DNA of 64,000 nucleotides. Origin: Gemmatimonadota bacterium (GTDB lineage: Bacteria > Gemmatimonadota > Gemmatimonadetes > Gemmatimonadales > Gemmatimonadaceae). The stretch is from positions 21,527 through 85,526 of the forward strand of contig JAZJZK010000034.1 of the NCBI GenBank assembly GCA_040389905.1. Direction: 5' to 3'. Numbering within the stretch: position 1 is the first letter of the stretch; each line of letters begins with the position of its first letter. The notes below the pieces were generated by a model, which saw only the letters and a list, made by a program, of their open reading frames with translations, did no database searches and had not been told where the DNA came from. The position numbers were made by a program, and so were the translations under genes. Positions 57,112 to 64,000 of the stretch are shown here, piece by piece.

Positions 57112-58970
57112 ATCTTTCCTATGTAGACTGGGCGATCGTCGTCGCGTACTTCGCGCTGTCGATGGGCATCGGCCTGGTCTTCACGAAGAAAGGCGGCGAG
57201 AGCATCGAGGAGTACTTCCTTTCCGGCCGCAACGTGAGCTGGTGGCTTGCTGGCGCAAGTATGGTCGCGACCACCTTTGCCGCGGATACGCCGCTCGTCG
57301 TCACCGGATTCGTATTCGCGCACGGCGTGGCGGGCAATTGGATCTGGTGGAACATGCTGATGAGCGGAATGCTCACGGTGTTCTTTTTCGCTCGACTCTG
57401 GCGCCGCGCAGGGGTAATGACCGACGTCGAGTTCGCGGAATTGCGCTATAGTGGCAAGCCGGCGGCGGCGTTGCGCGGCTTCCGCGCCGTGTACCTCGCA
57501 ATCCCCATCAACCTGATCATCCTGGGCTGGGTCACCAAGGCGATGATCAAGATCCTCACGATCTCGCTGGGACTGCATCCGGTGAACCTCATGGGGATGA
57601 CGGTGTCCGGTGAGGTGATCGCCGTCGGGATCTGCTTCGTGATCACAGTCGCTTACTCGACCGGAGCCGGCATGTGGGCCGTGCTGTGGACGGATCTCGT
57701 GCAGTTCGTCATCAAGATGAGCGCCGTGATCGTATTGGCGGTCTTCTCCGTGAGAGCCGTCGGCGGAATGGACAAGCTCAAGGCGGGGCTGGCGACGCAC
57801 TACGGCAATGCGGACGCGGCGATCTCCGTGTTGCCCGTCGATTGGTCGGGCGGCAGCATTGCCGGTTACGCGTGGATGCCGCTGCTGACGCTCGCGGTAT
57901 TCCTCTCGGTGCAGTGGTGGGCGGCGTGGTATCCCGGCGCTGAGCCGGGTGGTGGTGGCTACGTAGCGCAGCGGATTTTCTCGTCGAAGACGGAGCGGGA
58001 TGGTGTGCTCGCCACGCTCTTCTTCAATGTGGCGCACTATGCCATTCGTCCGTGGCCGTGGATCATCACCGGTCTTGCGACCGTCCTGCTCTACCCCAAC
58101 GGCATCGGTCCGACCCACGATCACGAGGCTGCGTACGTTCAGGCCTATGTCGACCTGCTGCCGACGCCGTGGCGCGGCTTCATGATGGCCGGTTTCGCCG
58201 CGGCGTACATGTCCACCGTCGGCACGCAGCTCAATTGGGGCGCGTCGTATCTCGTCAACGATTTCTACAAGCGCTTCTTCAACAAGACCGCCGCAGAGAA
58301 GCACTACGTCTCCGTGTCCCGCTGGGCTACGGTGGGCCTGTTCATCATGTCGATCTTCGTGACATCCGCGATCGACACGGTCGGCGCCATGTGGGAACTG
58401 CTACTCGCACTCGGCTCCGGCACGGGACTCGTCCTGATCCTTCGCTGGTACTGGTGGCGGATCAACGCCTGGAGCGAAATCAGCGCGATGATCGCCTCGT
58501 TCGTGGTCTCCATGGTGGCCATGTGGCAGGTGAAGAAGGCCATGCCGGAGGGAAGTCCACTGGTACAGACCTACGTCATGCTCATCACCGTCGTCATCAG
58601 CACGATCGTCTGGCTGGCGGTGACGTACATGACGAAGCCGGAATCGGACGAGAAGCTCGAATCCTTCTATCTCAAGGTTCGCCCGGGTGGTCCGGGCTGG
58701 CGTCGCATCTCGGACAAGCTCGGCTACGGTGGCGAGTCGATTCCGGGGGGGGCACTGGCGTGGACGAACTGGTTTGCCGGCGTCGTTGCGGTGTACTCGA
58801 GCTTGTTCGGCATCGGCAAGCTGATCTTCGGCGAAACGATGACCGGCGTGGTCCTGCTCGTCATCGCCGTCGTGGCCTTTGCCTGGATTGCCAAGGCATT
58901 TCGCGAGGAAGACGCAGGCGAGCGGGCGCAACGGGACATCGTTGCGGCACGGGCGGCAAACTCTGCTTGA
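57108..58970 (+). CDS. Sodium:solute symporter family protein
   Basis: EYFLSGRNVSWWLAGASMVATTFAADTP and GYVAQRIFS motifs; many TM helices. Confidence 0.92.
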   Translation: MNLSYVDWAIVVAYFALSMGIGLVFTKKGGESIEEYFLSGRNVSWWLAGASMVATTFAADTPLVVTGFVFAHGVAGNWIWWNMLMSGMLTVFFFARLWRRAGVMTDVEFAELRYSGKPAAALRGFRAVYLAIPINLIILGWVTKAMIKILTISLGLHPVNLMGMTVSGEVIAVGICFVITVAYSTGAGMWAVLWTDLVQFVIKMSAVIVLAVFSVRAVGGMDKLKAGLATHYGNADAAISVLPVDWSGGSIAGYAWMPLLTLAVFLSVQWWAAWYPGAEPGGGGYVAQRIFSSKTERDGVLATLFFNVAHYAIRPWPWIITGLATVLLYPNGIGPTHDHEAAYVQAYVDLLPTPWRGFMMAGFAAAYMSTVGTQLNWGASYLVNDFYKRFFNKTAAEKHYVSVSRWATVGLFIMSIFVTSAIDTVGAMWELLLALGSGTGLVLILRWYWWRINAWSEISAMIASFVVSMVAMWQVKKAMPEGSPLVQTYVMLITVVISTIVWLAVTYMTKPESDEKLESFYLKVRPGGPGWRRISDKLGYGGESIPGGALAWTNWFAGVVAVYSSLFGIGKLIFGETMTGVVLLVIAVVAFAWIAKAFREEDAGERAQRDIVAARAANSA

Positions 58971-59040
58971 ACGATTTCCCGCTTCCGGGTATATATTTCG
59001 CACCAGTTCATGATCAATGCTCGAGTCTTGAGGAGGCCCC

Positions 59041-59397
59041 GTGAGCACTACCAATACGCCTGAAGTAATGATGACCGTCACGCCGGTTGCCGGCGAAGAG
59101 GTCAAGAAGTTCATGTCGCAGGAAGGCGTGGACCCGGCCGTTGGCGGGCTTCGCGTCAGTGTGCAGCCTGGCGGCTGTAGTGGTTTCAAGTACGGTCTTC
59201 TTATCGAAGACGCGGCAGCGGAAGACGACCTGATCGTCGACCAGGGCGACTATCGCGTCTTCGTCGATCCCTTCTCCGCGCAGTACATCGGCGGCGTCAT
59301 CATCGACTACACGTCGTCGATGCAGGGCTCTGGCTTCACGTTCAAGAATCCCAACGCCACAGGCGGTTGCGGCTGCGGCAGTTCTTTCTCCGCGTAA
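59041..59397 (+). CDS. HesB/IscA/ErpA A-type Fe-S carrier
   Basis: GGCSGFKY and NPNATGGCGCGSSF motifs. Confidence 0.93.
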   Translation: MSTTNTPEVMMTVTPVAGEEVKKFMSQEGVDPAVGGLRVSVQPGGCSGFKYGLLIEDAAAEDDLIVDQGDYRVFVDPFSAQYIGGVIIDYTSSMQGSGFTFKNPNATGGCGCGSSFSA

Positions 59398-59410
59398 CGA
59401 CGAGCTTTCC

Positions 59411-61342
59411 ATGAACCTGCCGGTTTCTGGCGCCCTCGGGGACGTCGGTACCGGACACGCGGCCCGCGAGCGCTCAGCGCCTCGCGGGCCGTCGCGTGTC
59501 CCGTCGCATTCCAGTGCCCTCGAGCGCATCCACACGGTCGTCGTCGAAGAGCACGAGGATATTGCTCGACTCGTCGCAACGCGTATCGCCGCACTCATCG
59601 AGGAGAAGCGCGCCGCAGGCGATCAGGCCGTACTCGGACTGGCCACCGGTTCGACACCCATCGGTGTGTACCGCGAACTCATTCGCATGCACCGCGAGGA
59701 GGGACTGAGCTTCGCCAATGTGGTGACGTTCAATCTCGACGAGTACTACCCAATGGCGCCGGACAATATTCATTCGTACCACCGGTTCATGTGGGAGAAC
59801 CTGTTCGCCTACGTGGACATCCCGCGTGAGAACGTCCACGTCCCGCGGGGCGATGTGCCTCGCGCAGACGTGGAGGACGAATGCCGGCGCTACGAGTCGA
59901 ACATCGCGCGGCACGGCGGTATCGATTTCCAGATCCTGGGCATCGGCAAAACGGGCCACATCGGCTTCAACGAGCCCGGCTCCGGCGTTGACAGCCGCAC
60001 CCGACTCGTCCATCTCGATGCTGTCACGCGTCGCGACGCCGCCGCCGATTTCTTTGGCGAGGAGTTCGTGCCCAAGGAAGCGGTGACGATGGGTGTCGCC
60101 ACGATTCTCGACGCGCGTGAGATCGCGTTGCTCGCCACCGGCGAGCACAAATCCGCGATCATCAAGCGCTCCGTCGAAGGCGAGATCAATCTCGAGATTG
60201 CCGCGACATTCCTGCAGCGGCACCCGAAGACGACCTTCTATGTCGACCGCCCCGCGGGCGCCGACCTCACGCGGATCGCGACCCCGTGGTTGCTCGATGA
60301 AGTCGCGTGGACCGAAGAACTGAAGATTCGCGCCGTCGTCTGGCTTTCCCTTCAGACGAACCGCGCCATCCTCAAGCTCACGCAGCGCGATTATTCAGAG
60401 CATGGCATGTCGTCGCTGGTCGCGCGCTCTGGATCGCCCGGCGCGCTCAATGGCGAAGTCTTCAACGCACTCGGCGCCAAGATTCGCGGCAAGAGCAAGC
60501 TGCCGCGCGGCACGCGCACGATCTGCTTCTCGCCGCATCCCGACGACGACGTCATCTCGATGGGCGGCATTCTCAAGAAGTTCGTCGAGAACGCGAACGA
60601 GATGCTCGTCGCGTACATGACGAGCGGCAATATCGCCGTGTTCGATCATGACGTGCGGCGATACGTCGATTTCCTCCAGCGTCTCAATCAGGATCGAAAC
60701 ATGGAGCGCCGTTCGGTGGACACGCTCGCCGACCGCGTCTTCGCGTTCCTGAATTCGAAGCAGCCGGGCGACGTCGACATTCCCGAAGTGGCGGATATCA
60801 AACGCATCATTCGCGAGAGCGAAGCCGTTGCTGGTATCGAGGTGATGGGACTTTCGCGTGACAACGCGCGCTTCCTCAACCTGCCCTTCTATCAGACGGG
60901 CAAGGTGAAGAAAGATCCGATCGGACCGGCGGATGTCGCAATCGTGAGGGCGTTGCTCGAGGAGTTCAAGCCGGAGATCATCTTCGTCGCGGGCGATCTC
61001 TCCGATCCCCATGGCACGCACCGCATGTGCAAGGAAGCCATTGACGGCGCGTTGGCGGAGATCGACTTCCCACGACCGGAGGTGTGGTTGTATAGGGGAG
61101 CGTGGCAGGAGTGGAGCGTCACGGAAGCGACCTGGCTCGTGCCCATGTCACAGGAAGAGCTGCGTCTCAAAATCCAGGCGATCTTCAAGCACCAGTCGCA
61201 GAAGGACTCGGCGCCATTCCCCGGTCAGGACGAACGTGAGTTCTGGCAGCGCGTCGATGCTCGCAACAAGGACACCGCCAGTCTGCTCGACAAGCTCGGT
61301 CTCGCCGAATACTTCGCGATGGAAGCTTACGTCATCGACTAG
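59411..61342 (+). CDS. nagB: Glucosamine-6-phosphate deaminase fused to a PIG-L/LmbE-like deacetylase domain
   Basis: N-terminal GLATGSTP, FNLDEYY and GHIGFNEPG; C-terminal FSPHPDDDVISMGG, DPHGTH and HQSQ. Confidence 0.92.
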   Translation: MNLPVSGALGDVGTGHAARERSAPRGPSRVPSHSSALERIHTVVVEEHEDIARLVATRIAALIEEKRAAGDQAVLGLATGSTPIGVYRELIRMHREEGLSFANVVTFNLDEYYPMAPDNIHSYHRFMWENLFAYVDIPRENVHVPRGDVPRADVEDECRRYESNIARHGGIDFQILGIGKTGHIGFNEPGSGVDSRTRLVHLDAVTRRDAAADFFGEEFVPKEAVTMGVATILDAREIALLATGEHKSAIIKRSVEGEINLEIAATFLQRHPKTTFYVDRPAGADLTRIATPWLLDEVAWTEELKIRAVVWLSLQTNRAILKLTQRDYSEHGMSSLVARSGSPGALNGEVFNALGAKIRGKSKLPRGTRTICFSPHPDDDVISMGGILKKFVENANEMLVAYMTSGNIAVFDHDVRRYVDFLQRLNQDRNMERRSVDTLADRVFAFLNSKQPGDVDIPEVADIKRIIRESEAVAGIEVMGLSRDNARFLNLPFYQTGKVKKDPIGPADVAIVRALLEEFKPEIIFVAGDLSDPHGTHRMCKEAIDGALAEIDFPRPEVWLYRGAWQEWSVTEATWLVPMSQEELRLKIQAIFKHQSQKDSAPFPGQDEREFWQRVDARNKDTASLLDKLGLAEYFAMEAYVID

Positions 61343-61351
61343 GAGCCGCTT

Positions 61352-62890
61352 GTGACGCGCTTCACCACGCTCGACGCGATCGTTCTCGTCGCGTACCTCG
61401 TTGGCACCACCTCGCTCGGACTCTACGTCGGGCGAAAGCAGAAGGACGCGAAAGATTACTTCGTCGCCGACGGTGCCATCCCCTGGTGGGCGGTGATGTT
61501 TTCCATCGTGGCGAGCGAAACGAGCGCCCTCACCTTCATCAGCATCCCTGGCCTGTCGTACGGCGCCAAGGCAGGCGTTGGGAACCTCGGGTTTCTGCAG
61601 GTCGTCGCGGGGTACATCATCGGTCGCTTCGTCGTCGCAGGCGTCCTGCTCCCCCGCTATTTCGCCGGGAACCTCGTTACCGCCTATGCGCTGCTGGAAA
61701 CGCGCTTCGGCCTGACGACGCGACGGTTCACGTCCATCGTGTTCATGATCACACGCGCACTCGCGGATTCTGTGCGCGTCTTCGCCACGGCCATTCCTGT
61801 CGCGCTGATCATCGCACCGTCGATTACGAACAAATCGCTCGTGATGCCGCTCTCGGTGTTGATCCTCGGCTTGCTGACAGTGCTGTATACCTACAAGGGC
61901 GGCATGAAGGCCGTCGTGTGGACGGAACTCGTGCAGGCCGGCATCTACATCAGCGGCGCCATCGCCGCGATCGTCATTCTCGGCGGGCTCGTGCCCGGAG
62001 GATGGTCTCACATCTGGGCCACTGCGGGCGCCGCCGGGAAAACACAGGCACTCGATTTCTCGTTTACGCTTTCGAACCCGCACACGGTCTGGGCGGGACT
62101 TATCGGCGGTGCATTCCTCGCGATGGCGTCCCACGGCACCGATCAGTTGATCGTCCAACGGCTCATGTCGTCCCGCTCCCTGAAGGATGCGCAGCGCGCG
62201 ATCATCGGATCAGGCTTCGTGGTCTTTGTCCAGTTCACGCTCTTCCTGACAATCGGCCTTGGGCTGTGGGTGTTCTACGCCGGCCGCGTGTTCCCCGCCA
62301 CCGACCAGATCTTCCCGACGTTCATTCTCGAGCAGATGCCGCCGGGTCTCGTCGGCCTGATCGTCGCCGCTATCGTGGCGGCCACGATGAGCACCCACTC
62401 CGGCGCCATCAACTCGCTCGCCGGCGCAACGACGCACGATATCTATCTCCCGATCACCAAGCGCTCGACCGACGATCCGCAGACGCTCAAGATGGGCCGC
62501 TTCTTCGCACTCTGCTGGGGTGTGGTCCTTACGCTTGGTGCCCTGCTCTTTCCGCAGGACACCAAGACCCCCGTTGTCGTCGTCGCACTCGGCATTGCAT
62601 CCTTCACGTCTGGCGGCCTGCTCGGCGGTTTCTTCCTCGGCATCTACTGGCGCCGAGCCATCCAGCGTGACGCGATCATCGGGATGTCGATTGCGATCGC
62701 CACGATGGCGTTCATCGTCTTTGCCAAGCCCATTTCAGCTGCCTATCCTTCCCTCGCATCCACACTGGGCCCGTTCGGCAACATCGCCTGGCCCTGGTAC
62801 GTTCTCATCGGCACCTCCATCACACTGATCGTGGGCACCTTGTCATCGTTGACGCACCCAATGCCGGCCGACCGGCCGCTCGCTACATGA
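61352..62890 (+). CDS. Sodium:solute symporter family protein
   Basis: SIVASETSALTFISIPG and SHGTDQLIVQRL motifs; many TM helices. Confidence 0.92.
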   Translation: MTRFTTLDAIVLVAYLVGTTSLGLYVGRKQKDAKDYFVADGAIPWWAVMFSIVASETSALTFISIPGLSYGAKAGVGNLGFLQVVAGYIIGRFVVAGVLLPRYFAGNLVTAYALLETRFGLTTRRFTSIVFMITRALADSVRVFATAIPVALIIAPSITNKSLVMPLSVLILGLLTVLYTYKGGMKAVVWTELVQAGIYISGAIAAIVILGGLVPGGWSHIWATAGAAGKTQALDFSFTLSNPHTVWAGLIGGAFLAMASHGTDQLIVQRLMSSRSLKDAQRAIIGSGFVVFVQFTLFLTIGLGLWVFYAGRVFPATDQIFPTFILEQMPPGLVGLIVAAIVAATMSTHSGAINSLAGATTHDIYLPITKRSTDDPQTLKMGRFFALCWGVVLTLGALLFPQDTKTPVVVVALGIASFTSGGLLGGFFLGIYWRRAIQRDAIIGMSIAIATMAFIVFAKPISAAYPSLASTLGPFGNIAWPWYVLIGTSITLIVGTLSSLTHPMPADRPLAT

Positions 62891-63819
62891 GTTTTCTCGT
62901 TGCTGGAGTCGATGGAGGAGGGACGAAAACGCGCGTCATCATCGCGGACGAGAATGGCGCGCAACTCGGGGAATTCGTCGGCCCCGGCAGCGCGGCGCGC
63001 CCCGGTGAGATCGAGCACTCGGCGACGGTGATCGCGGAGACGGTGCGTGAAGCGCTGGTCTCGTGCGAGATGGGCCACCTGATGCCGAAGGTGCTGTGCG
63101 TCGGAGTCGCCGGCGCGGCGCGCGATCCGGAGCGTCAGGAGCTGTGGCAGGCGCTCGTCACGCACGGCGTCGCGGAGGAGGTTGTCATCCTTCCCGATTA
63201 CGCCATCGCACTGGACGATGCGTTCGGTGAAGGCGCAGGCATTCTGTTGATCAGTGGAACCGGCTCTGCTGCGTTCGGACGTGGTCCGAGTGGACAAACC
63301 GCGCGCTGCGGCGGGTGGGGTCCGGTCTGTGGCGATGAAGGCAGCGGCGCATGGATCGGCCGGCGCGCACTGAGTGTCGTGACGGCGTCGGCGGACGGAC
63401 GTGAGCCGGAGACGGCGTTGGTTGGTGCCGTGCTGACGGCAGCGCAGGTGAACGAACCGCGAGAGCTGATCGCGTGGGCGGCGCAGGCGACGCCCGCGAC
63501 CTTTGCGACGCTCGCGCCGATCGTGACGAGCGTCGCGGATGGCGGTGATCTGCGCGCTAACGCGATCGTGTCGCTCGCAGTCGAAGAGCTCGTGCTGCAC
63601 GTCCGCACGTTGTCGCGCTCGTTGTTCGGCGACGAACGCGCGGCAACGCCGGTCGCGTTTACGGGTGGCATGCTCCGAAAGGGAGCGACGCTGCGTAAGC
63701 GATTGGAGCAGCGGCTCCGGTCAGCGGTTCCGGGTGCGCAGGTGCACGCAGGAGAGGTCGATGCCGCGCGGGGCGCGGTGCGGGGCGCTTTGCGGTACCT
63801 CGGTGAGACGGTTGCCTGA
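62887..63819 (+). CDS. BadF/BadG/BcrA/BcrD-family N-acetylhexosamine kinase (GlcNAc/MurNAc kinase-like)
   Basis: GVDGGGTKT, ISGTGS and GGWGPVCGDEGSGAWIG motifs. Confidence 0.88.
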   Translation: MSFLVAGVDGGGTKTRVIIADENGAQLGEFVGPGSAARPGEIEHSATVIAETVREALVSCEMGHLMPKVLCVGVAGAARDPERQELWQALVTHGVAEEVVILPDYAIALDDAFGEGAGILLISGTGSAAFGRGPSGQTARCGGWGPVCGDEGSGAWIGRRALSVVTASADGREPETALVGAVLTAAQVNEPRELIAWAAQATPATFATLAPIVTSVADGGDLRANAIVSLAVEELVLHVRTLSRSLFGDERAATPVAFTGGMLRKGATLRKRLEQRLRSAVPGAQVHAGEVDAARGAVRGALRYLGETVA

Positions 63820-63822
63820 TTG

Positions 63823-63874
63823 ATCGGGATAGGGAGGGCAGATTGCTCTCCGCAACCTTCCCACACCACCGGAC
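63823..63874 (-). mobile_element. Group II intron (class IIC-like) 3'-end remnant, degenerate copy
   Basis: Minus strand reads GTCCGGTGGTGTGGGAAGGTTGCGGAGAGCAATCTGCCCTCCCTATCCCGAT, i.e. the 3' half of domain V plus domain VI. The 5' half of DV is not recognisable and the DVI stem is mismatched. Confidence 0.72.
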
Positions 63875-63948
63875 GAAGTGGTACGTGAGGTCGCCGTAAA
63901 GTGACATCCGTTCGCCAGCGGCATAACGTGCGTTGCACTCGACAAGCG

Positions 63949-64000
63949 ATCGGGATAGGGAGGGGAGATTGCTCTCCCCAACCCTCCCACACCACCGGAC
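63949..64000 (-). mobile_element. Group II intron (class IIC-like) 3' end, possibly continuing beyond the window
   Basis: Minus strand reads GTCCGGTGGTGTGGGAGGGTTGGGGAGAGCAATCTCCCCTCCCTATCCCGAT. DVI is intact (GGGGAGA-GCAA-TCTCCCC, bulged A) with an AT terminus. Confidence 0.8.

Noticed and set aside
63823..64000. CRISPR array interpretation of the two 52-nt repeats
   Set aside because: Only two units, repeat and spacer are too long, no cas genes are present, and the repeat matches a group II intron end.

Overview
This is a GC-rich, gene-dense bacterial chromosome segment. Protein style and gene order suggest Gemmatimonadota, which is an inference and not a database result. Almost every gene from 1 to 55.7 kb is on the minus strand, and the last 8 kb is on the plus strand. 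The left part holds a tol-pal operon, a LysM protein, an ECF sigma/anti-sigma pair, ssb, uvrB-tsaE-tsaB-rimI, secA-radC-vapBC-rel, and a nucleotide-sugar cluster (wbpD/B/E-like, ugd, uxs, rmd-like) with carB inside it. The middle holds the alpha ribosomal operon (rpmJ-rpsM-rpsK-rpsD-rpoA-rplQ plus rpmB), pyrD/pyrF, an amidase, smpB, tRNA-Leu(CAG), an Rrf2 regulator, aspA and trxB. The right part holds a 2-oxoacid dehydrogenase cluster, an ino1 + CDP-alcohol phosphatidyltransferase pair, and an amino-sugar/peptidoglycan-recycling cluster. The least explained signals are non-coding. (1) Two tandem 52-nt copies of a class IIC group II intron 3' end lie at the right edge, the second abutting an attC-like half-site. 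(2) Several families of intergenic palindromes or tracts built from 6-, 7- or 9-nt periodic units are present, one of them in three dispersed copies. (3) The rpoA leader may contain a pseudoknot. No CRISPR array, rRNA, transposase, integrase or reverse transcriptase was seen inside the window. Several start codons were trimmed from the ORF track to more plausible ones.
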